Assembly (NCBI GenBank): GCA_947038565.1
Contig: CAMQWP010000010.1
Location: 765 to 64,764 of the forward strand
Source of the DNA: an uncultured Clostridia bacterium
Lineage (GTDB): Bacteria > Bacillota > Clostridia > Christensenellales > UBA3700
Length of the DNA stretch: 64,000 bases
Direction: 5' to 3'
Under the pieces are notes generated by a model. That model was not told where the DNA came from and searched no databases. It worked only from the letters and a program-made list of their open reading frames with translations. Shown here one piece after another: positions 51,321-61,430 of the stretch. Position 1 is the first letter of the stretch, and the number at the start of each line of letters is the position of its first letter. The translations under genes and the position numbers were made by a program.

Positions 51321-51439
51321 AATAATGTCTCCTTTTTGCTTTATTTACTAGGTAATAATACCACATTTTTAACATTATAGCAAACATATTTAACTACTTT
51401 TTTATATTTTATTCACTTTTGTACATAATAATATTAATT

Positions 51440-52177
51440 ATGGATAAATTTACTGATTTAGTGACCGAATTTGGTCAAAAACTTACGCAAAAAAACAATA
51501 GTTGCAGTGAAGTCAAAACTGATTGCGGTGTGACTATCACAAGGACTGATATTAGGAGTGAAGAGTTCGCTTTGAAACTTGGTCAGAGATGTGGACTTTA
51601 TTACACACTAGAAGAGGTGTCTGATGAAGCGGATATTGCAAATCAAATGGCGGTTGCTATAAAAAGCTATGATATTGATTTTTCAAAAGTTCTTATTGTC
51701 GGACTTGGAAATCCTACTTACGAGGCTGATTCGCTTGGTACGTATGTATCTGATATGATAGAGGTGATACCTGATAGACTTTTAAAGTTCTTGCCTATGA
51801 CATCGGCAAGGACTGGTATAGAATCGCATGATCTTATAAAGGCTGTCGTCGATAAGATAAAGCCTACTGTTGTCATAGCTATAGATTCGCTCGCGACTAT
51901 TGCACCAAAGCGTATAGGCAAGTGTTATCAAATCACTTCTGCGGGGTTAGTTCCTGGTAGCGGTGTGGGTAATGATAGACAAATATTAGGCGAGGATACA
52001 TTAGGTGTGAGCGTGCTTGCTATAGGCGTGCCGTTCGTGTGTGATATGCGTCGATGGGCTAGTCGGGCAGAAGTGCTACCGAATATGATAGTCACTCCCT
52101 CTCACATAGACACGTTAGTATCAAGAGTAGCTAGTAATATAGCAAACGCAATTATGATCGTATGCGGAGAGCATTGA
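51440..52177 (+). CDS. gpr: GPR-type (A25) spore germination protease homolog, short form
   Basis: VGLGNP..EADSLG and AIDSLA...ITSAGLVPGSGVGN motifs; divergent from rpsT as in Bacillus. Confidence 0.65.
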   Translation: MDKFTDLVTEFGQKLTQKNNSCSEVKTDCGVTITRTDIRSEEFALKLGQRCGLYYTLEEVSDEADIANQMAVAIKSYDIDFSKVLIVGLGNPTYEADSLGTYVSDMIEVIPDRLLKFLPMTSARTGIESHDLIKAVVDKIKPTVVIAIDSLATIAPKRIGKCYQITSAGLVPGSGVGNDRQILGEDTLGVSVLAIGVPFVCDMRRWASRAEVLPNMIVTPSHIDTLVSRVASNIANAIMIVCGEH

Positions 52178-52311
52178 AATATTTATAGTTTCACAAATTT
52201 ATAGATTAAACATTATAATAAATAATATGGATAGTATTATTCATTATTATCAAGATTAAATATTATATGAGATTGTAGCATAAACTTCTTGTTTAAATAG
52301 TATTATATACT

Positions 52312-53079
52312 ATGTTGAAGATTGGTGTTATTGATAGTGGTATCGGTGGGTTTAGTGTTGTAAAGGGCATGATTGATGCTGGAATAAGAGCGGAGTATAT
52401 TTATGTGTTTGATAATAAATATCACCCGTATGGAGGCAAAAGCAAGGGCGAGTTATCTGCTATTGCATTCATGAATTTAAATATGCTTGTATCTAGAGGG
52501 GTAGATATTGTTGTAGTTGCTTGCAATACTCTAACTAGCTCTAGTATTAACGAGCTTAGAAAAATGTTTTATATACCTATCATAGGTGTAGAACCTGCAG
52601 TTAAGCCTTGTGCGGGAAGCTGTATTGATATAGTAGTGATGGCTACGCCGTACACTCTAAAGGGCGAGAAACTTAGTAATATGCTATTAGGTTATACAGA
52701 AGAGAATTTTTATTATCCTAATCTTGATAATCTAGCGTTTATTATTGAAAATAATATTGATGATAGAGAGTATATGTCAGATTATTTAACCAGTCGTCTC
52801 AAATGCTATAGTAAATGCGATGGATTGGTGCTAGGATGTACACATTACAACTTCATAGTGGATATTATAAAAACAATATTGCCACAAGTCAAGATTTTTT
52901 CATCAACTGAAGGTGTTGTTAGAAGAGTGTATCAATGCATAAAGCAATTGAAATTATCGACCAATGATGATAGTGCAATATGCATAATACCTACTAATGG
53001 TTCATTACCTATATCTAAACTAAATTATTTAAAAAATTATACCGAAATGGATATCACGGTAGATGATGTTGATATTTGA
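52312..53079 (+). CDS. murI: glutamate racemase
   Basis: DSGIGG, ACNT and GCTHY catalytic-Cys motifs. Confidence 0.9.
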   Translation: MLKIGVIDSGIGGFSVVKGMIDAGIRAEYIYVFDNKYHPYGGKSKGELSAIAFMNLNMLVSRGVDIVVVACNTLTSSSINELRKMFYIPIIGVEPAVKPCAGSCIDIVVMATPYTLKGEKLSNMLLGYTEENFYYPNLDNLAFIIENNIDDREYMSDYLTSRLKCYSKCDGLVLGCTHYNFIVDIIKTILPQVKIFSSTEGVVRRVYQCIKQLKLSTNDDSAICIIPTNGSLPISKLNYLKNYTEMDITVDDVDI

Positions 53080-53204
53080 AAAGGTTTTGTATGGTTGAAT
53101 TAAATATATTATAAGTATTATTGACAGGACGCAGTTAAGAGGTGATAGGATACATTACAGAAACAAGTATAAACAATAATAACAAGTGTATACAATGAAA
53201 AAAT

Positions 53205-53241
53205 ATAAAAAAATGCTATCCAGTAATAGGATAGCATTTTT
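53205..53241. terminator. bidirectional terminator (murI + / Na-Pi transporter -)
   Basis: AATGCTATCC/GGATAGCATT stem flanked by A-run and T-run. Confidence 0.8.
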
Positions 53242-53261
53242 AAAATTTATATATAATTAAA

Positions 53262-54995
53262 TTATTTGATTATTGCGTAAACGCGTTTTGGTGGGTTAGT
53301 GTAGCTCTTGATAGATAACGCTACATTTTGCATATGATCTGAAATTCTCTCTAAGTTTGATACAAGACTTAGGTATATTGCACCAGTGTCCGCACTGCAC
53401 TTGCTATTATTTAGACGCTTAATATGGTCTATATCAAGAGTTCTCTTCATGTCATCTACGATATTCTCATGATCACAAGCAAGTTCTAACGCTTGATAAT
53501 CAAGTCTTTCAAAAGCTACTATAGCATTTTCATAAACTTTATGAATTTCTTCTACCATATTGATAATTTGAGCTTTTGCAGAGTCAGAGAAAGTAGTTTT
53601 AATATCTTTAAGTGCTTGTGAGTACTCTATTATATTTTCTGCATAATCACCAATACGCTCGACGTCTGAAACTACATGATAATATGACGCAATCATCATT
53701 TCATCTTTAAATGATATATCTGAAGCTGATAACTTCACTATATAATTAGGTATTTGTCTATTAAGGAAGTTGATATGTGACTCTCTAGCCTCAAATTTTT
53801 CTTTGTTAATAGGTTTTCCTTCTAATACAGACTCAACAGCTAGCTTGAAATTCTTTTTGGCAACATTTGCCATAAGTAGTATCTCACGCTTTGTCTGGTT
53901 CATCGCGATAGTAGGGGTAGATAATATACGTTCATCGATAAATTTAAGTTTATTAGTTACGAATTCTTCATCAGCATTATTTTTGTTCTTACGTTCTGGA
54001 AGTACATGTTCAGCGATCCATACTAATACTTTTACGAATGGTAACATGATAAGAGTATTAGTGATGTTAAATATTGTATGGAACATAGCTACTTGAGTTT
54101 CTACTGCATCAGGGAACATAGCTTCTAGCATTACATTCATTGGGGCATATGCAACGATTGGTAAGAATATTAAAGCACCAGTTACATTGAATAGTAAGTG
54201 GATAATACTTGCACGTTTTGCATTAGTAGAAGCACCTATTGATGCAAGAACAGCTGTAATACAAGTACCGATATTAGCACCAAGAGTGGCGAACATTACT
54301 TGATCTATTGATAAGATGTTGCTCGCAGCCATTACTAAGAATATAGCCGTAGCTGCTGAAGAGCTTTGTACAAGTGCAGTAAACAGTGCACCTATTATCA
54401 GAAGAAGAATACCATTGTCTACGACTTTGAATAGCTCGACAACTGCATCTAGCTCGCCAATAAAGCCCATTGATGTGCTCATTACGTCTAGACCTACGAA
54501 TACCATACCTAGACCTGTCAGTATAGCACCGACTTTCTTTAGTATGTCTTTTTTGCTCATCATCATGAATGCGCCGACAGCAGCAAGAGCGGCGAACCAA
54601 GCAGTTACACCAAAGCCACTAAGAGAAGCAAGCCAAGCAGTGATAGTTGTACCGATATTTGCACCCATTATAATAGGAGCAGCTTGTACAAGAGTCATAA
54701 GACCCGCGTTTACGAAACCAACGACCATAACGGTAGTTGCACTTGAAGACTGTATAACAGTAGTAACTGCAGTACCAGTAAGAACACCAGTGAATCTATT
54801 ACCGCTGATCTTATCGAAAAGACCACGCATTTTAGATCCTGCCACAGTTTCTAGGTTATCGCCCATTATCTTGATACCGAAAAGGAATACACCAAGACCT
54901 GAAAGCAACATAAGTACACTTTCGATGATTTGCATTACTGAAGGGATAGGATTTGATTCAGCAACAGTACTAGCTAGAGTTAAAAGCATGTTCAT
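53262..54995 (-). CDS. Na+/phosphate cotransporter (NptA family) with C-terminal PhoU-like domain
   Basis: Duplicated QSSSAT/QSSSAA motifs, PhoU-like helical C-terminus; start ATG 54995 after GGAGGAG. Confidence 0.9.
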   Translation of the reverse strand: MNMLLTLASTVAESNPIPSVMQIIESVLMLLSGLGVFLFGIKIMGDNLETVAGSKMRGLFDKISGNRFTGVLTGTAVTTVIQSSSATTVMVVGFVNAGLMTLVQAAPIIMGANIGTTITAWLASLSGFGVTAWFAALAAVGAFMMMSKKDILKKVGAILTGLGMVFVGLDVMSTSMGFIGELDAVVELFKVVDNGILLLIIGALFTALVQSSSAATAIFLVMAASNILSIDQVMFATLGANIGTCITAVLASIGASTNAKRASIIHLLFNVTGALIFLPIVAYAPMNVMLEAMFPDAVETQVAMFHTIFNITNTLIMLPFVKVLVWIAEHVLPERKNKNNADEEFVTNKLKFIDERILSTPTIAMNQTKREILLMANVAKKNFKLAVESVLEGKPINKEKFEARESHINFLNRQIPNYIVKLSASDISFKDEMMIASYYHVVSDVERIGDYAENIIEYSQALKDIKTTFSDSAKAQIINMVEEIHKVYENAIVAFERLDYQALELACDHENIVDDMKRTLDIDHIKRLNNSKCSADTGAIYLSLVSNLERISDHMQNVALSIKSYTNPPKRVYAIIK

Positions 54996-55415
54996 ATTAT
55001 TTCTCCTCCGAAATAATTTCATGTTGTGTTTTGTCTATAGTAGAACATAATGTATAAGTTTAATTAATACGGTATATTTGCTATACTTATACTAATCAAC
55101 ATAATTATATAATAAACGGAAAATTAAGTCAAACATAATAAAGCAAAAAATTAATTAATTTGCATGGTGTGATAAATGATAATGATTACTAATAGCTGTG
55201 AAAATTCTAATGCAAAGGATTATATAATGTTAAATAGATACAAAAGCATTGTAAAATCATGCAAAATAGTATATAATTAATATATTGAAGTAATAATTAG
55301 CATAAAGCGATATGATAAGCAGAGTAATTATATTATCATAGACGTACGAAATATAATAATACGTATGATTTATTATATATATTATTTAAAACAATATAAC
55401 ATAGCGAGGAATATC

Positions 55416-57968
55416 ATGGATAAATTAGTCTTATTAGACTCTAACAGTCTACTTAACAGAGCATTTTACGCACTTCCGCCGATGAATTCGGTGGACGGCA
55501 TACCTACCAATGCGGTTTATGGATATATAAATATGTTAATGAAAATTATAAAAGACGCAAATCCTACGCATATTATTGCGACATTTGACCTTAAAGCACC
55601 TACTTTTAGAAAGTTGATGTATCCTGAGTATAAGGCACAGCGAAAGGGTATGCCTGATGAGCTTGCGGCACAATTACCACTGATCAAAGAGCTATTGACA
55701 GCTATGAATATACAGATTATCAGCCTTGAAGGGTATGAGGCGGACGATCTAATCGGTACGTTAGCAAAGCAATGTGAGTTTGAGACTATCATTGTAACAG
55801 GAGATAAAGACAGCTTACAGCTGGTATCGCCTACTACTACAGTATGGCTGACAAAGCGAGGCATTACAGAGATAATAGAGTATACCGAGTCAAGATTGCT
55901 AGAGGATGATTTAACTCCTAATGGTGTTATACAATTAAAATCACTTATGGGTGACGCGTCTGATAATATCCCCGGGGTGGCAGGTGTTGGAGAGAAAACC
56001 GCGAAGAAACTGCTAGCTGAATACGGAAATCTTGACGGTGTATATGCTAATGTGGACAAGCTAAAAGGTAAACTAAAAGAGAGAATGGAGACAAGTAAAG
56101 AGATGGCATATCTATCTTATGACTTAGCTACTATCGACGTAAATTCGCCAGTAGTGTTCGATCGTGAATTGTGTAAAATGGTCATGCCTTTTGATGTTAG
56201 TGTAAGAGAATTATTTAAGCGATTTAATTTCAAATCACTTATTACTAGGTTCGATTATGTCGGAGAAGTAGCTGAAGACGTAGTGAAAACTTGTGATTTT
56301 ACAGAGCCAAAAGCGGTGGAAATAAGTACTATATCAGAGCTAAATAACCTAGTAGATAGTATACGGAAACATAAGAAATTTGCTGTATCATTTGAGCAAA
56401 ATATCCATATATCTATAGGTAATGGCGAAGAGTATCTAGTGCTGATTGGTCTAGATTTATTGTCTATCGGAGTTACTTTTGAAGAGGTAATACACGCCTT
56501 GAAACCATTACTAGAAGATAAAGAGATAATAACTATTGGTTATGATATTAAGGGGTTAATGTACCAAATACCTGATATAAACATACTAAACTATCAAGAT
56601 ATATCACTTAAAATATATTTACTTGACGCCAATAGAAATTATAAAAACTTTAATGACGCCAAGCTAGACTACGGATATGATAGTGAAAGCAATGCGAGTG
56701 TATTGTATCAGATAAGCGGAGAGTTAGACATAAAAATGCTCGAGCTAGATTTAACTACTCTGTACCTAGATATAGAGTTGCCACTTGTGCAAGTCTTATT
56801 TGATATAGAGAAAGCAGGCTGTCGCGTTGATATGCATCTTTTAGATGAGCTTAGAGTGAAGTTTGTGGATGAGCTTAAACAGCTTACGATTGATATTTAT
56901 TCGTTCAATAATAATGAGGCGTTTAATATTAATTCTCCAAAACAGTTAGGTGAATTTTTGTTTGTGAAGTTAGGTCTTAAGCATGGCAAGAAGACTAAGA
57001 CGGGATTCTCTACTGATGTTGATGTACTGAAGGGTTTACAATTAGAGTCGTCAGTCATAGGACTTATTTTGAGGTATAGAGAGATCAATAAATTATTGTC
57101 AACTTATATAGACGGATTAAGTCCGCTACTTGTAGGTGATAGAGTTCATACAGTATTCAAGCAGACAGTGACAGCAACGGGAAGACTTAGCTCGACAGAG
57201 CCGAATTTGCAAAATATACCAGTAAGACGTGCAGAAGGTCGCGAACTTAGGAAGATGTTTGTCGCAAGTAATGGTTGCAAGTTATTATGTGCGGATTATT
57301 CGCAAATAGAGCTTAGACTTCTAGCACACATGTCAGGCGATGAAGTGTTGATAAATGCTTTTAAAGAAGGTCTTGATATCCATACAGCTACGGCTAGTAA
57401 TGCTTTCGGTGTGGCTATCAGCGAGGTTACTTCTGATATGAGAAGAAAAGCAAAGGCGGTAAACTTTGGTATTATATACGGTATTAGTTCGTACGGACTT
57501 GCTAATGATATAGGCGTATCTCCATTTGAGGCGAAACAGTTTATAGAAAGATATTTTGTAATGTATCCTAAAGTCAAAGGATTTATGGATAAAAACGTTG
57601 AGAGCGGACGTGAGGACGGTTATATCCGTACTATTATGAATAGGATTAGATTTGTACCAGAGCTGAAGTCGACTAACTTCAATATCAGAGGTTTCGGCGA
57701 GAGAATTGCGATGAATATGCCTCTTCAAGGCAGTGCAAGTGACATTATCAAGAAAGCAATGATAGACGTTGCTAATGCGCTAAAGGCTGGCGAGTTTAAG
57801 GCTAAGTTAATATTGCAAGTTCATGATGAGTTGCTTATAGATTGTCCAGAAGACGAGATCGATGCAGTATCAAAGATTTTAGGCGATTGCATGAAGAATG
57901 CTATGAGTCTTAGTGTTAGTCTTGATGCTGAAGTATCGGTAGGTGATAACTGGTTAGAGGCTAAATAA
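55416..57968 (+). CDS. polA: DNA polymerase I
   Basis: 5' nuclease domain, polymerase motifs DYSQIELR and QVHDELL; ATG 55416. Confidence 0.96.
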   Translation: MDKLVLLDSNSLLNRAFYALPPMNSVDGIPTNAVYGYINMLMKIIKDANPTHIIATFDLKAPTFRKLMYPEYKAQRKGMPDELAAQLPLIKELLTAMNIQIISLEGYEADDLIGTLAKQCEFETIIVTGDKDSLQLVSPTTTVWLTKRGITEIIEYTESRLLEDDLTPNGVIQLKSLMGDASDNIPGVAGVGEKTAKKLLAEYGNLDGVYANVDKLKGKLKERMETSKEMAYLSYDLATIDVNSPVVFDRELCKMVMPFDVSVRELFKRFNFKSLITRFDYVGEVAEDVVKTCDFTEPKAVEISTISELNNLVDSIRKHKKFAVSFEQNIHISIGNGEEYLVLIGLDLLSIGVTFEEVIHALKPLLEDKEIITIGYDIKGLMYQIPDINILNYQDISLKIYLLDANRNYKNFNDAKLDYGYDSESNASVLYQISGELDIKMLELDLTTLYLDIELPLVQVLFDIEKAGCRVDMHLLDELRVKFVDELKQLTIDIYSFNNNEAFNINSPKQLGEFLFVKLGLKHGKKTKTGFSTDVDVLKGLQLESSVIGLILRYREINKLLSTYIDGLSPLLVGDRVHTVFKQTVTATGRLSSTEPNLQNIPVRRAEGRELRKMFVASNGCKLLCADYSQIELRLLAHMSGDEVLINAFKEGLDIHTATASNAFGVAISEVTSDMRRKAKAVNFGIIYGISSYGLANDIGVSPFEAKQFIERYFVMYPKVKGFMDKNVESGREDGYIRTIMNRIRFVPELKSTNFNIRGFGERIAMNMPLQGSASDIIKKAMIDVANALKAGEFKAKLILQVHDELLIDCPEDEIDAVSKILGDCMKNAMSLSVSLDAEVSVGDNWLEAK

Positions 57969-58011
57969 TATCTCAGTAAGTAGATGTTTATAGAATAATA
58001 GGTGGTAAATT

Positions 58012-58620
58012 ATGTTAGTAATAGCAATTACTGGTGGTATCGCGAGCGGAAAATCCTTGTTTGTAAGTATGCTTAGAGAATACGGCGCAAGGGTGGAGTC
58101 ATGCGATGATATAAATAGGGAAATGTTGAAAGATATATCATATCTAAATAAGCTATCTTGTATATTCCCTGATCAAGTTAGCGGTTCAGAAGTAGATAAG
58201 ATCGGTATTCGTGACATCATTGCTAATGATGATATAAAGCGAGAGGAGCTAAACGAACTTGCTCATAAAGAGATAATGTCTAGGCTTAATAATTTGCTAG
58301 AGGATTATGAAAATAATGGCATCGCATATGTCGAAGTTCCACTATTATTTGAGAGTGGTCTTGAGGTGCAATTCGATTATGTAATAATGGTGGCTAGTGA
58401 CAAGGAAAGTCGCATTGATAGACTAGTTACGCGTGATAATGTAACTAGATCTCAAGCCATTGCAATGATTGATTGTCAAATGAGTGATGATCAAAAGCGT
58501 GTGCTTGCGGATATAGTAGTAGAGAATGACGGCGATATAGAGAAAATGCGTGAAGGTGCACAGAGATTAATAGACACTGAGAATAAAATAGAGGAGCTAA
58601 TATCAAGTACTAAAGCATGA
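58012..58620 (+). CDS. coaE: dephospho-CoA kinase
   Basis: P-loop GGIASGKS; conserved position after polA. Confidence 0.9.
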   Translation: MLVIAITGGIASGKSLFVSMLREYGARVESCDDINREMLKDISYLNKLSCIFPDQVSGSEVDKIGIRDIIANDDIKREELNELAHKEIMSRLNNLLEDYENNGIAYVEVPLLFESGLEVQFDYVIMVASDKESRIDRLVTRDNVTRSQAIAMIDCQMSDDQKRVLADIVVENDGDIEKMREGAQRLIDTENKIEELISSTKA

Positions 58621-58729
58621 TCTTATAACTAAATCATGCACTTTAATTAGTAAAGAGTGCAATAATGCTGATTAGTCACTATACGCATACATAAATCTTT
58701 AAAAATACTTGATATTTACTTTAATATAA

Positions 58730-58758
58730 TTGACACAATAATCAAAATGTGATAATAT
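58730..58758 (+). promoter_or_regulatory. sigma-A type promoter of the polyamine operon leader
   Basis: TTGACA - 17 nt - TAATAT with TG extension (TGATAATAT). Confidence 0.6.
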
Positions 58759-58764
58759 GTATGC

Positions 58765-58780
58765 ATAGTTATATAACTAT
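58765..58780. repeat. perfect 16-bp palindrome ATAGTTATATAACTAT at predicted transcription start
   Basis: Read directly; 7 nt after the -10 hexamer. Confidence 0.9.
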
Positions 58781-59005
58781 AAAGAATTATTAATTGACCC
58801 TACCTTTTTAGGTATGAAGTAGCCATACGGACAGCTAGGTCAAATGCCGATGTAATAGCAATTCAGCTATTTAACTCAATTTTTATTGGTTTGTTGCAAT
58901 AACCAAATGCTTGCGACGGGTCGAAAATAGAGGAGCGTTAATTCTTTCTATGAAGTCCGTATTTTATTAAAATGTATGCACTCGTGCATTCCTTGCGATA
59001 GTTAA
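58781..59005 (+). promoter_or_regulatory. structured 5' leader (candidate riboswitch or attenuator) of speD operon
   Basis: Nested long-range helices 58781-89/58939-47 and 58794-800/58918-24, hairpin 58886-91/58901-06, competing pairing 58825-32/58955-62. Confidence 0.45.
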
Positions 59006-59040
59006 CTCAAGTATTAGATGGATAATGCTTGGGTTTTTTT
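59006..59040 (+). terminator. leader intrinsic terminator 56 nt upstream of speD
   Basis: 10-bp stem CTCAAGTATT/AATGCTTGGG (two G-U), 8-nt loop, T7. Confidence 0.7.
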
Positions 59041-59096
59041 GTTGTCTTGTTCGGTGTTTTCACCACAAAATATCTTAATTTGTAGGAGAATTTTTT

Positions 59097-59861
59097 ATGG
59101 AAAAATTGAAATTGTACGGATTTAACAACCTTACTAAATCTTTGAGTTTTAATATCTACGATGTATGTTATGCTAAGACTGCTAGAGAGCAAAAGGATTA
59201 TGTTGCTTATATTGATGAGCAGTATAACTCAGACCGTCTAGTGAAGATACTTTATGATGTTACCTCTATGATAGGTGCGACTGTTCTTAATGTGTCTAAG
59301 CAGGACTACGATCCGCAGGGTGCTAGTGTTACTTTCCTTATTGCTAATGAGGGACAGCTTTTCACTGCTGAGAATGGTGAGACTGTAGTAGGTCATCTTG
59401 ATAAAAGCCATGTTACTGTACATACTTACCCAGAGTATCACCCTGATAACTCTATTGCTACTTTCCGTGTAGACATAGACGTTGCTACTTGTGGTACTGT
59501 TACTCCTCTTAGAGTACTTGATTATCTTATAGGTAGTTTTGATTCTGATATCATTACTATGGACTATAGAGTAAGAGGCTTTACTCGTGATATAGACGGT
59601 AAAAAACTATTTCTTGATCATGATGTTACTTCTATTCAGAATTATATTAATCAGTCAATACTTGAAAAGTATGATTCTATTGACATTAACGTGTATCAGT
59701 CTAATATATTCCATACTAAGATGCTTATAAAAGATATTGATCTTCAAAACTATTTGTTTAAGACTGATGTGTATGAAATAGCTCCTAAGGAAAGACTTAA
59801 GATAAGCAATGACCTTAGACGTGAGATGTTAGAGATATTTAGTGGTAATAATATTTATTAA
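59097..59861 (+). CDS. speD: S-adenosylmethionine decarboxylase proenzyme (long, E. coli-type)
   Basis: [23 protein letters not shown]-terminus and processing site [14 protein letters not shown]. Confidence 0.93.
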   Translation: MEKLKLYGFNNLTKSLSFNIYDVCYAKTAREQKDYVAYIDEQYNSDRLVKILYDVTSMIGATVLNVSKQDYDPQGASVTFLIANEGQLFTAENGETVVGHLDKSHVTVHTYPEYHPDNSIATFRVDIDVATCGTVTPLRVLDYLIGSFDSDIITMDYRVRGFTRDIDGKKLFLDHDVTSIQNYINQSILEKYDSIDINVYQSNIFHTKMLIKDIDLQNYLFKTDVYEIAPKERLKISNDLRREMLEIFSGNNIY

Positions 59862-59878
59862 GTCCCAAGGAGTCGCAA

Positions 59879-61411
59879 TTGAAGAAAATTATTCAAAACA
59901 ACATAGATAACAATACTCGCATAAAGGCTACTAGCGTGGATAATAATCCTATCACTGGTAATGCTTACAAACTCGATCAGTCTAAAGCACCTATTTACGA
60001 GGCTCTTAAGAAGTTCGGGAAGATGCGTGTTGTTCCTTTTGATGTGCCTGGACACAAGAGAGGTAAAGGTAATAAGGAGCTTACTGAGCTATTGGGCGAA
60101 AAGTGCATGGCTCTTGACGTAAACTCTATGAAACCTCTTGATAACCTTATACATCCTATATCAGTCATAAAAGAAGCAGAAGAGCTTGCTGCTGAAGCAT
60201 TCGGTGCAGATAATGCCTACTTTATGGTAGGTGGAACTACTTCATCAGTGCAAGCTATGATTATGACTGCCATCACACGTGGAGATAAGATAATTCTACC
60301 TAGAAATGTACATAGAAGCGTTATCAATGCTCTTATTATAAGTGGTGGTGTTCCTATATATGTTAATCCAGAAATAGATGATAGACTAGGTATCGCACTT
60401 GGTATGTCACTAGAGAAGGTAGGAGAGGCGATAATTGCTAATCCTGACGCAAAGGCAATAGTAGTAAATAACCCAACTTACTATGGTATTTGCTCTGATC
60501 TAAAGGGGCTTGTTAAGCTAGCACATGATAACGATATGTTGCTTCTAGTCGATGAGGCACATGGTACGCACTTCTACTTTGGTGAAGGGTTACCTATCTC
60601 TGCTATGGCAGCGGGTGCGGATATGGCGGCAGTTAGTATGCATAAATCAGGAGGTTCGCTTACTCAAAGCTCATTCTTGCTTAGCCGTGATACTGTAAAT
60701 GCAGGTTACGTAAGACAGATAATCAACCTTACTCAAACTACTAGCGGATCATATTTATTGATGTCTAGTTTGGATATATCACGAAAGAAACTAGTAGCTG
60801 AAGGCGTCGAAATATTTGATAAAGTACGCAGTATGGTACAGTATGCAAGAGATGAGATAAACGATATCGGTGGATATTACGCATACGGTGCGGAGCTTAT
60901 TAATGGCGATACTGTTTCTGACTTTGACAGTACTAAACTATCAGTCAATACTCTGGGTATTGGGCTTGCGGGTATAGAAGTATACGATCTACTTAGAGAT
61001 GAGTATGATATACAAATAGAGTTTGGCGATATCGGAAATATTCTAGCATATGTGTCTATAGGCGATACTGATAACAATTTAGAAAGATTAGTTTCAGCAT
61101 TGTACGAGATAAAAAGGCTTTACGGCAAAGTTCGTAACGATAGTATGCCAGTAGAGTATATTAATCCGACAGTCGTGTTATCACCTCAAGATGCTTTCTA
61201 TGCTTTTAAAAAATCCGTGCCAATACTTGAGAGTGATGGCATGATATGTACAGAGTTCATTATGTGTTACCCTCCGGGTATTCCAATTCTAGCCCCTGGC
61301 GAGAGGATTACGAAGGAGATAATAGATTATATCGAATTTGCAAAACAAAAAGGTTGTTTGCTGACTGGTACTGAAGATATGAATGCAAACTTCATTAACG
61401 TACTTAATTAA
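59879..61411 (+). CDS. speA: Orn/Lys/Arg decarboxylase family (Bacillus SpeA-type arginine decarboxylase)
   Basis: PLP-lysine context SMHKSGGSLTQSS; TTG start after AAGGAG; operon context. Confidence 0.85.
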   Translation: MKKIIQNNIDNNTRIKATSVDNNPITGNAYKLDQSKAPIYEALKKFGKMRVVPFDVPGHKRGKGNKELTELLGEKCMALDVNSMKPLDNLIHPISVIKEAEELAAEAFGADNAYFMVGGTTSSVQAMIMTAITRGDKIILPRNVHRSVINALIISGGVPIYVNPEIDDRLGIALGMSLEKVGEAIIANPDAKAIVVNNPTYYGICSDLKGLVKLAHDNDMLLLVDEAHGTHFYFGEGLPISAMAAGADMAAVSMHKSGGSLTQSSFLLSRDTVNAGYVRQIINLTQTTSGSYLLMSSLDISRKKLVAEGVEIFDKVRSMVQYARDEINDIGGYYAYGAELINGDTVSDFDSTKLSVNTLGIGLAGIEVYDLLRDEYDIQIEFGDIGNILAYVSIGDTDNNLERLVSALYEIKRLYGKVRNDSMPVEYINPTVVLSPQDAFYAFKKSVPILESDGMICTEFIMCYPPGIPILAPGERITKEIIDYIEFAKQKGCLLTGTEDMNANFINVLN

Positions 61412-61430
61412 TTCCAATTAGGAGGATATT

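Noticed and set aside
54316-55050. 244-aa plus-strand ORF
   Set aside because: It lies entirely antisense to the well-supported Na/Pi cotransporter gene. Its Ser/Thr/Ala/Pro-rich shadow-frame composition and the absence of an SD also count against it.
55517-56059. 180-aa minus-strand ORF
   Set aside because: It is a shadow ORF inside polA with no SD and no recognisable motifs. The same reasoning applies to the other antisense or off-frame track ORFs within comEC (26442-26858), fbp (31801-32247), pckG (19951-21033), aroC (18617-19274) and elsewhere.
58781-59040. Assigning the speD leader to SAM-I, T-box or lysine riboswitch classes
   Set aside because: The local resemblances (AUAGAGGAGCG, UGCCGAUG, UUAGAUGGAUAA) are short and in the wrong order or position relative to the conserved cores of those classes. 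It is left as unclassified.
59007-59192. 61-aa minus-strand ORF across the speD start
   Set aside because: It is antisense to the speD start and the leader terminator, and it has no SD.
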